The translations under genes and the position numbers were made by a program. Source: Octopus sinensis (taxonomy: Eukaryota). Taken from it: 64,000 bases of DNA. Location: NCBI RefSeq assembly GCF_006345805.1, contig NC_042998.1:151528001-151592000 (forward strand), in the 5' to 3' direction. Shown piece by piece: positions 1-13,479 of the stretch. Each line of letters opens with the position of its first letter. Within the stretch, counting starts at the first letter, position 1. The notes beneath the pieces are model-generated. The model made no database searches, was not told where the DNA came from, and saw nothing but the letters and a program-made list of their open reading frames with translations.

Positions 1-560
1 TTCTGCACAAGCCCTTGATAGAACCTACAAAACTACTGCTACCACCGTTGCACATCAAACTGAGTTTGATGAAACAGTTCGTTAAATCTTTGCCTGCAAA
101 TGGACTATGTTTGCAGTATCTCTCAGAAACAATTCCCAATTATAACCAGTGAGAAAATTAAAGCAGGAGTCCAGATTGTGAGAAATCCTTGAATGAATCT
201 CAAAAACGGATGAATGAGTTGCAAGTGTGTTGTCGAGAACTTTTGGGGAAACAATAAGTGTTCAAATTACAAAGTCGTAGTTGATACCATGTTGCAAAAA
301 TTCAAAATGTATGGGTGCAACATGAATGTTAAAATGCACTTACTTCTCTCACACCTTAACTATTTCCCAGAGTACCTTGGCAACCTGAGTGAAGAGCATG
401 GTGAGTAATTTCACCAGGACACTAAAGAAATGGAGTGGAGATACCAGTGAATGGGGTGGAATGTAAACATGATGGCAGATTACTGCTGGACCCTAAAGAG
501 AGACTGCAAGCAACTACAAAAGCTGGAAGGAAATCAAGATAAAGGAAGTTTGAAAAAATA
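1..560 (+). mobile_element. Decayed DNA transposase C-terminus, probably Chapaev/CMC-like; runs off the left edge
   Basis: ORF 214-408 (VVENFWGNNK...KMHLLLSHLNYFPEYLGNLSEEHGE) continues past a stop as FHQD...RYQ...MMADYCWTLKRD, the 'E(H/Q)GERFHQD' transposase block. Superfamily assignment is from memory and uncertain. Confidence 0.65.
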
Positions 561-937
561 TAAAATTACTTTAAAGCTATGGTAAGTGCATTAAAAGAAA
601 TATTCTTAGTCAATATGTAGGCCTACATACTATTCATATCTTTTTTATTATTGCCCTAGTCATTTGTTCTTAATTTCATGATATTTTTATCTAAAAGTCT
701 GCCACAAAAGGGAATGAATGACAAGAAAAATCATCATATCTTTGGCAACCATTTGTGCAAAATTTGTACATAATAGGCAAAAGCTAAAAACATATTTGAA
801 ACAAGCATTAAATATGATTCAGAGTCACCTACTAGTTGACAATCATCATTTACTTCATTTAAAAATGCAGACTTGTATAATCTACGTGGAGCTCTAAATC
901 ATACGATTGTAGCCGTACAACTAACTGTACATACAAG

Positions 938-977
<40 letters not shown>

Positions 978-1143
978 ATTGATAATACCACTGACAGTAG
1001 TGATATATACTGATATCGCCACACGTTATAGCGATATGTACTGTTATTGCCAAAATTCTTAGTAATATCATACTGGAAATATCGCATGAGACTGTTGAAG
1101 AGATAATTCATATCTAGGATTCATATCCACATACGCGTGCGAG

Positions 1144-1182
<39 letters not shown>

Positions 1183-1332
1183 TTACATACATACACACAT
1201 ATATATGGTGTTTATGTGATATATGTATATATACATAGGCAAACATAGATACATGCATACATACATACTTACATACATATATACACACATACATATACAT
1301 ATATGCATATACATACATACATACATACTTAC

Positions 1333-1425
<93 letters not shown>

Positions 1426-1744
1426 CGTAACACGCACTGAAATAGTTATACAAACACAGATACTCCTGAATGGATATATCTATTCTTATATCCTGTTATA
1501 ATTGTGGGTTTTGTGCAAGTGTGTTTCTACTTCAAGATATATCTCTATTTATGAGTGAGAATATGTACGTTGTGTGTGTGTGTGTATACGTTATGAATGT
1601 GCATATGTGTGCATATGTATCTTAAAAACTGGTGTCACAGTCTATTTCACAGAGCGGAAGTAAAAGATAACACTGTCTGATATCAATATATTTAGCAGAA
1701 ACCAAACTCCATTCCGATATACCCAGCCTTGATGTTCACCTACA

Positions 1745-1808
<64 letters not shown>

Positions 1809-3285
1809 GCACACACGCACACACACACACACGATACACATTTACATGTATATACACAGGTACACACATTTTGTATATCGATACGTAACTTCGATTTAAA
1901 ACAATATAGTGGAGCTGTATAGAAGGCGAAGGGTGTGAATGAGATAAATATATGCATTGTATGTTTGTATGGAAGGAAGGATGGGCAGAAGAGTGGAGTA
2001 AATCTGAGAAGTTAGGCAGAGGGAGAGACCTAACGTGGCGGGTGAAGGATAATAGGATTGTTTTGTACTTTTCTTAGGTGTCATATAAACAAAACGACGA
2101 TACAGACGCACACAAAACAAGTCAAAAGTCACGGTCTGAAATGGTGGGAAACCACATTAAAAGTGTATAGAAACGAAGAATTAAATAAATTCGAAACCAG
2201 GGCAATAATTAAAAAAAAAGCCTTTTGTAAAAGTTATAAGAAAAACTTATATAATGATCGATGATTGTAACAGCTATGTAAAAATCGTTACGTAAAAAAA
2301 GAATGAGATAAGACGGTCGATAAAATATTAGACATGATTCCTAACATATTTCCTAATAATATTAATGGTAATTGTAAGAACGGATAAGGGAGAAGAATAG
2401 CTATACATGTCATCCATTCAGTGAAAGAGGTCCCGAAACCAAAATATTTCGAAGAATGTTCGCAACGATTTAACGATTCATATTCCGGGTTTAAAACCGA
2501 TTTATCCTGAAGTGGAACAAAGCACTTCTCACTTACAGGCAACATATCCGGATAGTATTGCGGCATTGAACATTAGATTTTAAAAGAACCTAAAACAGAT
2601 TATTTCAATAGCTAAATACTCGTTGAGGATCACTTATTCGGAAATTTAAATGAATCCATGTGTAGACGAAAATTCGCCTTGAAGCTGTTTTTGTTGGTCT
2701 AGTAAATTTACAAGGAGGGCTACCAACACTTGGGAGTGTAACTCATTACACTTCTCTTTGGCCAAACCGTTATTAAGCAGGCAGTTGCTAGGGTCTATAC
2801 AATTACATTTATCGATCTTAACTTATATTGCCTTTCAGTGTGTATTTTCGCAACGAGGCGAAGTCGTTTTACTAAGAATAGCTAAACTTTAAGGTGTTTC
2901 TATTGAATATCTTGGTACACCACAGCTCTCTCTTTTTGAGAAAATACATACCAAGTATAAAGATTCCCTTCCTACGTTCATATTGAATGTTAAATTAAGC
3001 AAGAAGAGTATGTATGTATGTATGTTTGTACGTATGTGTATATATGAATTGAGTTTGTCTACACATACCACTAAGAAATGATAATCAGTACTATCTGCAA
3101 AACCAGAAAATGCCCAATGTCAGTTTTACTCCAGTCTCATACAACACAAAATTTCGAACAACCAAAATATGGGTTTTATATGTTATCCTAATATTCTGTA
3201 TTGTTTCCTCGCCCGAAGAGCGGAATTGAGAAACTCGACATCACGATGTATCGAGCTAGGCTTTCCATAGCACACATATTCACAC

Positions 3286-3347
<62 letters not shown>

Positions 3348-3971
3348 GCATGTATACGCATACATATATAAATACATATATGCATGCATTCATACATATA
3401 TGCTTGCAAGCATACATAAACATATATACATATAGACACAAACATACATAGACATATATACACATATAAGCATGTGCGCCTAGGTGCACACATACGCCTG
3501 GCAGTTTGTGAGTCATTCTTTAATCTCAAAGAATTTGATAAAAATCTCGCCTTCTTTACGGCAGCAGGCAGAGGATGGGGGCGGTGCGGTGTAGAGGAGG
3601 AAACCTTAAGTACTCTGCGTGCTTAACGGGTGTAAATAGAAGCGCTGTGCCTTCTACACATCATGTGCACTTTTAATCGGTGTGGCTCCACTTGTCAGCG
3701 CGGAATTAGTCTATCACTGTCTTCCACCGCCACCACCACAACTCCGACCACCTCTGCCATAGCCTTCACCACCACAGCTGCCACCGCTGCCCCCAGCACC
3801 ATCACAACTACCGCAACCACCGCCACCACCATCAACATCACCATCACCAGAACAACAACAACAACATCAACAACAATATTGCAAATCCTTAAAGCTGGCT
3901 TAGTTGCCTTTTATTTTCATTTCATTTTATTTGTTATTCTTTTCGCCATTGCTCAGTGGATGCCATCGTTG

Positions 3972-4031
3972 TGGAAGTTCGGCGACAGAAGTGAAGTAAG
4001 TTGGAAGTTCGGCGACAGAAGTGAAGTAAGT
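3972..4031. repeat. Perfect 30-bp tandem duplication (TGGAAGTTCGGCGACAGAAGTGAAGTAAGT x2)
   Basis: Read directly; units at 3972-4001 and 4002-4031. Confidence 0.95.
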
Positions 4032-4952
4032 TAGAATTTCGTTTTGATTTCACAACCTGATCCTCTCTTTTGGAGCAGCACCAGTACCAACAGCAACAAC
4101 ACTAACAACAAAGACGACATTAACAACGGCAGCAGTTACAACAAGAATAGCAACAACAATAGCAAAAATATAACTATGTCGGTGGTGAATTGACAGAAGA
4201 GGTAGAAAGGGCGGACACGATAAATATTAGTATGAGATCCGTCCCTTCTACTTCTCACAATAACACCTGACATAAAATAAGCGAAGAAGCTTTTAAGTTT
4301 ATCTCTCGATTGACTAGAAACAACAGGTGAATCTACACCAAATTACCTCCGACTGCGAAATTTGGAAGACGAAACTGGGTTGTTGACCATTTGTCGTATG
4401 GTCAGTCTGTCATTCAACACCCCTACCTGGCTGTTAAGTACATATAGTAGAGTCCACTCTGGTAACACATTCTAACTACCTCACTCTACCCCCACCTTCC
4501 GGTCTCGAAGACTGAGTAAATATCATGGCCGGTGCCTTTTCTACGCAACACAATAATATAATTCTAGATTGATTGGCCGGATCTGCGGTTCTCAACTTTT
4601 TTTTTTACCTGTGGACCCCTTTGATTACTATTTAACTATGGTAGATCTCCATAGCGATTCGATGTTTAAACATACTTCTTCCAAATGTTCCGTTTTGTTA
4701 TTCCCACATTCACTTGTGTAGGTTGAACTATGTCAGATGTTAGAGAAAGAAATTCTGATGTTTCTTATAATGAATAAATATGCAGCAAATATTTTTTTAT
4801 GGACCTTTAATAGATCCCCATTTTACTATTTTGCTTGCGTGGCCCAAATGAATCATATATATTATGCATATGTATGTATAATATATATTATACATACATA
4901 TACATATTATATATATATATTAATATATATATTTATATATATTATATTTATA

Positions 4953-4996
<44 letters not shown>

Positions 4997-4998
4997 TT

Positions 4999-5034
<36 letters not shown>

Positions 5035-5165
5035 ATTCTGTTTATCTGCATCAATCTCTCTTTATATATACATACATTCTATACTGTTGTGGGGAATTAG
5101 TAATAATGGTAACCCCTCACACGAGACGAATGAAATAAACTAATCACTCTAAGTAAAGATATGTA

Positions 5166-6461
5166 CGAGGGGCGTTCAATAAGTAATGCCCCTGACCCAC
5201 TTCCCATAGCAGTAGAGCAACGAAACTTGGCACAGTTATTAGGCTTTTTCTACATAGGAACCACCCAGAGTTATGCATTTCTTCCATCGTTTGATGAAGC
5301 TCTGGAGACCGTTTTTGTAGAAGACCCCAGCTTGGTCCTCCAACCACGACGTGACTTCAGAAATCAAGGCTGCATCATCTGGGAAACGCTTTCCTTTCAA
5401 AAACAACTTCATGGCTGGGAAGAGGGGAAAATCAGAGGGTGCAAGGTCAGGAGAGTAGGGGGGATGGGGGAGGAGTTCATAGCCGCACGCCTGCGCTTCT
5501 GATCTGGCGACACGCGAGTTGTGGACCGGAGCGTTGTCCTGCAGGAGGAAGATGCCTTTGCTGATCTTGCCTCGCCTCTTCATTTTGATAGCTTCTCTTA
5601 ATTTCCTCAAAAGTGAAGCATAATAGGCTCCTGTAACTGTGGTACCCTTTGCCAGGAAATATGTCATCACTACTCCGTCCTGCTCCCAGAAGACTGTGAG
5701 CATGACCTTGCCAGCGGAGGGCTGCACCCTTACCTTCTTTGGAGGAGGTGAGTCACGGTGCTTCCACTGCATTGACTGGGCTTTGGTCTCTGGATCATCG
5801 TGATGGACCCAGGCTTCATCCTGTGTAATCAGTCTTTTGAAAATTTTGACTCATCTTCTTGGCACATCTCCAAATTCATCCTTGAGCACTCGACGCGTTC
5901 TTGCTTCTGGAAAGGTGTGAGCAACCTGGGAATCCATCTAGCAGACACCTTTTGCATATGCAAATGGTCATGAACGATAGTTTCCACAGACCTGGTTCTA
6001 ATCGTGACCTCACGGGCTATTTGGCGAATAGTTTTGCGTCGATCTTCCAAAATGGCAGCCTCAACTTGACGGACAGATGCCTCATCAATGGCAGAAGGGG
6101 GGAGGGCGACTAGATCTGTGAGCTGTTTCCACAGAGTTCCGACTATGTTTGAATTCACGATGCCAGCGTTTTACAAGGTCATATGATGGGACATCATCAC
6201 CATAAGTTACTTTCATTTCATCAAAAGTCTCCCGTGTTGTGCGGCCTTTCAAATACAAAAACCGGATCACTGCTTGACACTCAACAGGCTCCATTTCACA
6301 TTTGACTCAGTTCAAACACCTGTAAATCAGAAACCGCAATTATTTCATAGCTGTAATTTGCCACTTAATCTATAGAGATATAAATAATTGCACATGCAAA
6401 ATTTCAGCTAGATCAAACAACTGCAAGTGGGTCAAGGGCATTACTTATTGAACGCCCCTCG
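5166..6461 (-). mobile_element. Full-length mariner (DD34D, irritans-like) with TIRs; transposase frameshifted
   Basis: TIR CGAGGGGCGTTCAATAAGTAATGCCC at 5166 (after TA) and its reverse complement ending 6461. ORFs 6085-6294, 5829-6158 and 5239-5772 carry WIPRLL, QDNAPVH and YSPDLAPSD with 34 residues between the 2nd and 3rd D. Confidence 0.95.
5239..6294 (-). pseudogene. Mariner transposase pseudogene split over three frames
   Basis: HTH N-terminus (MEPVECQAVIRFLYLKG), WIPRLL linker and catalytic domain lie in different reading frames. Confidence 0.9.
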
Positions 6462-6699
6462 AACGTGAAGGTACCGGTGGCGTAGTAGGCGGTGAGAGAT
6501 ATTTGTATCAATTGGAGTTAATTTTTTCGTATTTTTGATTGTTGTTAGACGTAAGTCACCTTGTTAAATATTTGTTGAAGGTCTCCTGTCATGGATGTAC
6601 ACAAGATTATTGATTGTTACTTTTGAAATTGCTGTTACTGTTACTGTTGAATTATTTGTTTTTGCCCCATTGGAGAAAGTGCCAGCAGGAGGCCACAGC

Positions 6700-7500
6700 T
6701 ATTCGGCAGCAACTGGTAAAGAAATAGAAGTTTAAGCTTTGGAGGTGCGTGAAGTAAAAGTGGAGCCGAAAAAGATGAAGGTATGTGAGAAACTATTGAA
6801 AAACGTTGTGATTAACGCCGCCTGGGGAATTCACAAGCAGTGTAACAAAGAGGACAGTGATTTTCAAAACACTGAAGATATCAACAAGTAAGATTAAAAT
6901 AGCACCTATTGAAGTTATTGAGGAATACTTGAAGGAAATCAGGAAGCTGACCACGTTCATCACATGTGGAAGGAGGTATGGCATAGTGGAGGTGCATTTT
7001 GCGACGGAGGACGAAGCGATTAAGCACTCCACGGAAGCAATAAAGAAGGAAGAATGGGTACTTTTGACGACGTACTATGGCAAGCCAGGGTAAGAGTTGG
7101 CAAAGTATCCCCAGAGATAAAGAAAACATGGCAGATGGCAGCCATAATGTTTAACATGGAGGAGGATGCCAAGATACTTTAGGTAACGAGAACCAAAAGG
7201 TTGAATTATTGGGGGCATGGTATAGATATGACCATACAAGCGAGTTTGGAAGATCTCAACAGAATTGCAAAAGAAATAGTTCTGCTCGAGGATATAAGAC
7301 TGAGAGTGGTGGTGGAGGGTAGGCCTCCCATATGCTGCTTATGTAGAGAAAAAGGCCACATGAAGGCGAGGTGCCCCCAGAGAGAAAAGGAACAACAGAT
7401 GGAACAGACTGAGGAGCAGGAGAGTGTAGACCAAGTGGTTCACGTCGAGGTAAAGGAGACAAGAACAGAGCAGGAATTCACAGTGGCCAATAGACAACAT
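6700..7500 (+). mobile_element. Non-LTR retrotransposon ORF1 (gag-like) remnant with CCHC zinc knuckle
   Basis: ORF 7201-7554 contains RVVVEGRPPICCLCREKGHMKARCP (C-x2-C-x4-H-x4-C). Upstream fragment 6857-7093 and an SYSAA motif near 6700. Clade not resolved. Confidence 0.7.
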
Positions 7501-8731
7501 CTCATCAGAGCCTTCATCATTGCCATTCCTGAATGTCCGCTACAGTTTTTGTAATGTAGTTGGAACCACCAACCTTTGAGTATACATCAGAATATCGTCG
7601 CAAATTGAAAAACTACTGGCGTATGAGTTTTTATTCTGATTATTTTCGTAATATACTCATCATCTACAGCTTTCATTCATATATCCTGTGCCGTCACTTG
7701 TAGTTCTTGGATAACGTTCATCGTAACACTTTTAAATCCACACTGCGGTGCGGCTATAATAGTCTCTTCTAGTGATTCCATATTTTTGGAATTAATCTCG
7801 AAAGGCAGTCTTCATGACCAGTTTCTTTTTGATGTAATGTATTGCATTTTGAAATTATAATTTAGTAATGTTACACCCCCAAGGTTACAGGCGGTTCGCA
7901 GTATAGCCCTTTTTTAAACCCATAAATCGACAGCAAATGTCTATGTTCTGTTCGCAATAAAAAAACTTCTGCCATGCAGAAACCTGTTAAATTTTTTAAC
8001 TGCAGAAATAATTGCTAGGGCCTGCGAAACATGAACCACTGGTCTTGTACTTCCGTCGTCGTATTTATGAAGTAGAACTGCACCTAATCCGTGCTCGGAA
8101 GCATCAGACGTTACAATGATGTCCATTTCGGGATCGTAATACGTTAACGACAAGTCTGAGATTTCTTCAAAAGTGTTCTGGCATTTAGTGGACCAATTCC
8201 ACTTTACTCCTTTTCTTAATAAGTCGTTCATTGGCGCTCTTAACTTGTGCATATTAGGAATGCAGATTTGATAATAGTTTGCCAACCGAAGAAACGCTTG
8301 GAATATCTGTCGGTGCAGGCATATTCTTTATTGTGTCAGCCCTCGACAGGTCAGGACGTCTACCACTTTTATCAATTATTTGCCCTGAGTACTTAGTTTG
8401 GGGTAGAAAGAATTCGCATTTTTCTTCACTAAAATTGAACCCGAAAACTTTAATTTTCTTAAACACAGCTTTTATGTGTTCTACATGTTGTTCACGAGAA
8501 TTTATACGTAAACTCAGAAATTGGGTCAGCCACGCTGTCTGGCGTAAACGAGCTTACTGGATTTTCGGACTTCGCTGGCTGTAACTCAATTAATTGTTGT
8601 TGTTGTTTTCGTTTATGTTTTTGCAGCCCCTGTAGTTGTTCCTGTTACTTCTCTTGGAGCTGTACTACTGCGCCTAATAGGTTTTCCATGAGGCAAAAAT
8701 TGTCAAATAACGAATGTGAGTTTCGAACGAT

Positions 8732-8743
8732 TCCTCGTCGCCA
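8732..8743 (-). promoter_or_regulatory. Primer-binding site (TGGCGACGAGGA), probably tRNA-Ser(GCU)
   Basis: Minus strand reads ...TATAACA-AC-TGGCGACGAGGA directly after a putative LTR end. It is complementary to a tRNA 3' end TCCTCGTCGCCA; tRNA identity is from recalled metazoan tRNA-Ser(GCU). Confidence 0.7.
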
Positions 8744-8745
8744 GT

Positions 8746-8835
8746 TGTTATATCCTTATAGATAAACGAATAAACTGCAACAATGTAATAACAATACAAT
8801 CGAAACAAACGGCAGTAACCATACGTAATGTAACA
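8746..8835 (-). mobile_element. Putative short 5' LTR (TGTTA...TAACA)
   Basis: Inverted termini TGTTA/TAACA 90 bp apart, adjacent to the PBS. No matching 3' LTR found. Confidence 0.45.
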
Positions 8836-8966
8836 ACAACCTTTTAAAAACCAACAATTCAACATGCTAACTTGAACTGTAAATTTTGAACTCATCGGGC
8901 ATTTTAAACTGGTCATGTTGTATACGTGCATATATATATGTATGCGTTCGTATATGTAAGTATTCG

Positions 8967-9047
<81 letters not shown>

Positions 9048-9067
9048 TTATGTTTCTCTCTGCGTAT

Positions 9068-9126
9068 ATTCTACTGATGAGGCAAAGCATTTCTAAATGC
9101 AAAGCCAGATATCCGGGATCTGGAAT
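9068..9126 (+). ncRNA. Degenerate type I hammerhead ribozyme motif
   Basis: Stem I ATTCTA/TGGAAT, core CTGATGA, stem II GGC/GCC with inner GCATT/AATGC, then AGATA instead of GAAA, stem III ATC/GAT, H17=C. Confidence 0.5.
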
Positions 9127-9382
9127 TATCCAGTAATGTTTTACTAGTTTTATTTTGTCTCCTTGTGCTATATGAACACTTAATGTGGTCTTAATGTCAG
9201 ATCCTGGCTGCTATTTTCAGCATGGCGGTATCTCGTACATACTCTAAGTTATAATTTTAATAATAATTATTACCTTTGAAGGTTTTTATTTCCATGCTGG
9301 CCACTTGATAAGATCGTTATTTAATTTAAATTAACGAGCTTATCCTTATTAATATAAATTTAAATTTATATATATTATATAT

Positions 9383-9745
9383 AGGTGCAGGCGTGACAGT
9401 TGTAAGAAGCTTGCTTCTCTTTTTAAATGGTTTCGGGTTCAGTCCCACTGCGTGCTACATTACGCAGGTGTCTTCGCTAGTCTCGGGCCGACCAAAACCT
9501 TGTGAGTGGATTTGGTAGATGGAAACTGTAAAGAAACTCGTTGTATGTATATATGTATATATATTTTTGTGTGTCTTTGTCCCCACCACCGCTTCACAAC
9601 CGGTGTTGTGTTTACGTCCCCATAAATGGCAAAAAAAAACCATCTAATAAATACTAGACTTTAAAGAAATGTCCTGGGGTCGATTTATTCGACTATAAAA
9701 TTCTTCAAGGCGGTGCCCCAGCATGGTTGCAATCAAATGACAAAA
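9383..9745 (+). mobile_element. tRNA-derived SINE with internal (TA/TG) tract and CR1-like 3' tail
   Basis: B-box-like GGGTTCAGTCCC near 9435; tail GGCGGTGCCCCAGCATGG at 9709-9726. Related copies lie on the minus strand at 12915-13260 and 41350-41720. Confidence 0.8.
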
Positions 9746-10035
9746 AGGAGAAATAAATATATAAAACCAGTGGTGAGAGATTATCTTCCCCATTTTTTTA
9801 CTTGATTCTTATATATATATGTATATCAAATGTAGGATAAAATTTCTTTCGAAAAAACAATTATTTTCGAAAAAATTTTGATCAATGGCCAGCATATTAA
9901 AAAATACCTTTAAAGGTTAAATTTATATGCGTATTGTGAAAAAATTATATGGTTAATGGACAATATGTCCAATTTTTCGTCATATTTGGCATTAGAATTT
10001 TTTTCGTTTGCCCTTATTTATGAATTGTATATATA

Positions 10036-10143
<108 letters not shown>

Positions 10144-10152
10144 CATATATAC

Positions 10153-10219
<67 letters not shown>

Positions 10220-11054
10220 TATATTTAGTGTAGGAAGAAATGGAGCTGAACGAAGATTTAACAAAATTCCTTTTTATTATTTTCTACATATGTTTCAAAG
10301 GCTGCAAAGTCCCTAAAGTTCCCTAATTCGGATTGAATAAGGAGTCTATTTTGCAGCCTTCTCTTCAGGAAAATCCAGGAACTTAATTCTCCAACAAAAT
10401 GCACAGCAAGCTTTTCTACAAACGCTCACGAGGAGCCCATGGAATAAATGGCACAAACTGTCTATCTATATGCGTTGACGCCAGGCTGGGTGAAAGCAGA
10501 CGAGAAGGCCCGTTGAGATAATTCAAGGTCAAAATCCGGTTAGCAGAAGGGGAGTACAGGAAAATCAAAGTGTGAATGTATTCTGTATGACTGGTGTTTA
10601 TTTGAATTATTTTAAGAATGAGTGCTAGAGTGTTTGAGTGTGAGAAATTGCTTTCATGTATGTGTGTGTGCGTCTATGTGTGTGTGGCAGTGTGTTTCGA
10701 AGGCAGCAAGAGAGAGAGATATAGCAGGTATTAATGGTCAAGCAACAGAAAAGACTGTGTCTGTGTGTTCGTCTGTAACCACTTGATAGAGAGAGGGGGT
10801 GTCCACAATGGTCATGGCAGGGTACAGTGCTGCTGTCAGGGATGTCAGCAGTTCTAGACAACTAGCAGTTCTTGTACTAACAGGGAAGGGATATCCCCTT
10901 AACAAATTAATTTTAATTAATTCAATTTTTTTCAATTTTTTTAGGACTTAAGGAATCAGGGGTTTAACTATAAATTAGACTTCACTTCATTGGTATGAGA
11001 GAAAATATATAATAATATAATAATATAATAATATAAACCATATATTATATATAT

Positions 11055-11085
<31 letters not shown>

Positions 11086-11134
11086 AATTGTTATATGTAT
11101 ATATGTATATTATATCTTATACAAAATATATATA

Positions 11135-11177
<43 letters not shown>

Positions 11178-11647
11178 ATATGAGAGAGAGAGAGAGAGAG
11201 AGAGAGAACAAATAGTAAGGGATTATCTCCGCTATTTTTAACTTACTTCATATATATATATGTGTGTGAGTGTATGTACGTACGTACGTATGTATGTATA
11301 TACACATATATATACACAGTGCAGTTTAAAGGTGCAATGGAGGTAGAATGTGCAAAAGAAGTACTCCATCCAGTGACATAAATATCAATTTAAATGCACA
11401 ACCGAATGAGCTACTTATAGTTTCATGCTTTTATCGTACTTGAACAGTCACATCTGTAAAGTACGTCATGTATCTTAAAGCAATCTTTCAGGCTCTGTTT
11501 ATGCGTTATATTTATTTTTAAAACAAGGACAGTCAGAAAATAAGAAAAAGATGTAAAGAAGCTTGGAGCAAAATAATAGGAGAAAAAAGAAACGAAATAA
11601 AAAAAACTAAGATCCCCGTCATCCCTGATTACAGAAAGCTTGTTAAA

Positions 11648-11800
11648 AGTAACGTAACTAAGTTGGCTAACCAATTTTGGAATTTGAAGAGCAACACCAT
11701 GCCACATACAACTAAGTAGAGAATAGTAAAGAAATCCAAGACATATGTTAACGGATCGAAGAAATGTAATTTATGCCTAGCAGAAATATCTCATATTCTT
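11648..11800 (+). mobile_element. Penelope-like GIY-YIG endonuclease C-terminal remnant
   Basis: In-frame SNVTKLANQFWNLKSN...K*RIVKKSKTYVNGSKKCNLCLAEISHIL resembles the PLE ...LSKHIWKLK...W.I...KCNLCL.EK block. Confidence 0.7.
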
Positions 11801-12022
11801 CTTCGATTCAGCAATTCTAAAATTCTTTTATCGAATTCCAACATTCAGCTTCCTTTTATCGAATTGGAGGGTACCGCCCCATCCGGATTGAATTGCTGTC
11901 TCGTAGACTTTGACATATTTTCTGCTATTTTTCTCTAAACCAGTTGCATTTAATGAGCTTTCTGTAGTCAGCGAGGATTAAGACCATTGTTCTTGACTTC
12001 ATTTCTTTTTTCTCGTTCCATT

Positions 12023-12054
<32 letters not shown>

Positions 12055-12098
12055 AGAGAGGAGAGAGAGACATATGTGCATACATACATGCATACATA

Positions 12099-12129
<31 letters not shown>

Positions 12130-12157
12130 TATACACACACATATGTATGCATGTATA

Positions 12158-12210
<53 letters not shown>

Positions 12211-12914
12211 GTATGCATGTATGTATGCATATATGCATACATACATATATATGTGTGTGTGTGTATACAGGAGAGAGAAAGACAAATAGTCAGACGATAG
12301 ATGGATGGATAGATAGATAGATAAATACTTCTCACATTTATCTTTTCACATACTTATGTGTGTATAAGTGTGTTGGTGTATTTGCTTATGTAAGTTTCTA
12401 TACCCATGTGTATGTGCGTATATGTTTGTATCCGTATATATTTGTGTAAGTTTATGTCAGTGTATGAAAGCGATAGACAATGGGACGAAGCTCTTGGAGG
12501 GAGGGAGAGAGAGAGAGAGAGAGTGTACGTGCCAGCTATTATAACAACTTGATAGAGATGATAATGTGTCTTTAAAAAAATTGATAGATCGATAAATGCC
12601 CCCATACGCTCACCCTCTTACCACTTCTATCTCTCCGCCACTATTCATCCACCCACCTCTGCACTTATCTTTTCATCCCTAACCCTATTGACACCACCTC
12701 TATTTCCGCTGTCAAACACACGCATACACACACATACACTCACACACACTCAAACACACACACACTCACTCACATACGCATACACACATACACACACATA
12801 TGGAAAAAAGAGAAAGGGAAAGAACTCAAGGAACCAAACCTACCACCAAACATTGGTTACTAGCGCATACATACAGACACACGCAGACATGCGTAACTTT
12901 ATATATTCTTTTAT

Positions 12915-13108
12915 CTTTTTATACTTTTAATTGTTTCTATCATTCGACTGCAGCCATGCTGGAGCAGCGCCTTTAGTCAATCAAATTAGCCCCAGGACTT
13001 ATTCTTTGTAAGACTAGTACTTATTCTATCGGTTATTTTGCCAAAACAAGCAACACAGACACACACAAATATACACACACACACCACACAAACCCACCTA
13101 TATATATA

Positions 13109-13141
<33 letters not shown>

Positions 13142-13260
13142 CGACGGGATTCTTTCAGTTTCCGCCTATTAAATCCATTCACAAGACTTTGGTCGGCCTA
13201 AGGCTATTGTAGAAACTCTTGCCCACGATGCCACTCTTTACCACAGCCAAGCCTGCGCAT
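12915..13260 (-). mobile_element. tRNA-SINE copy (same family as 9383-9745)
   Basis: Shares the CAGCCATGCTGGAGCAGCGCC tail and TTTCAGTTTCCGCCTATTAAATCCATTCACAAGACTTTGGTCGGCC body segments. Confidence 0.75.
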
Positions 13261-13479
13261 ATTAGTGTAGATTCGTATATATATAATTCTAATATATTTA
13301 TAATAATATATATCTACACACACACACTGAAAAATATATATCTATATATTATATATAATATATATTAAATATATATATATTATGTGAAATAGAAAGAGAA
13401 TAATCGTGTAGTGATTATCAAAAGTTTTCAACCGATTACATTAGTAGCAAAATCACAGCAGAAATCACAGAAAAACCAA

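Larger units (their letters stand above)
7560..8835 (-). mobile_element. Internally deleted Ty3/gypsy LTR retrotransposon (gag start, RT, RNase H fragments)
   Basis: RT fragment (EEKCEFF...GQIIDKSGRRPD), RNase H fragment (DASEHGLGAVLLH...QALAIISAVKKF), gag-like start (SVADPISEFTY), PBS at 8732-8743. Confidence 0.85.

Noticed and set aside
2040-2900. Possible P-element-like transposase remnant on the minus strand
   Set aside because: Only vague motif resemblance (PTKNSFKANFRL, AILSGYVA); no TIRs or continuous frame.
3205-3265. HHR-like CCGAAGA...GAAACTCGA...TCGAG
   Set aside because: No stem II pairing, U16.1 absent, stem I weak.
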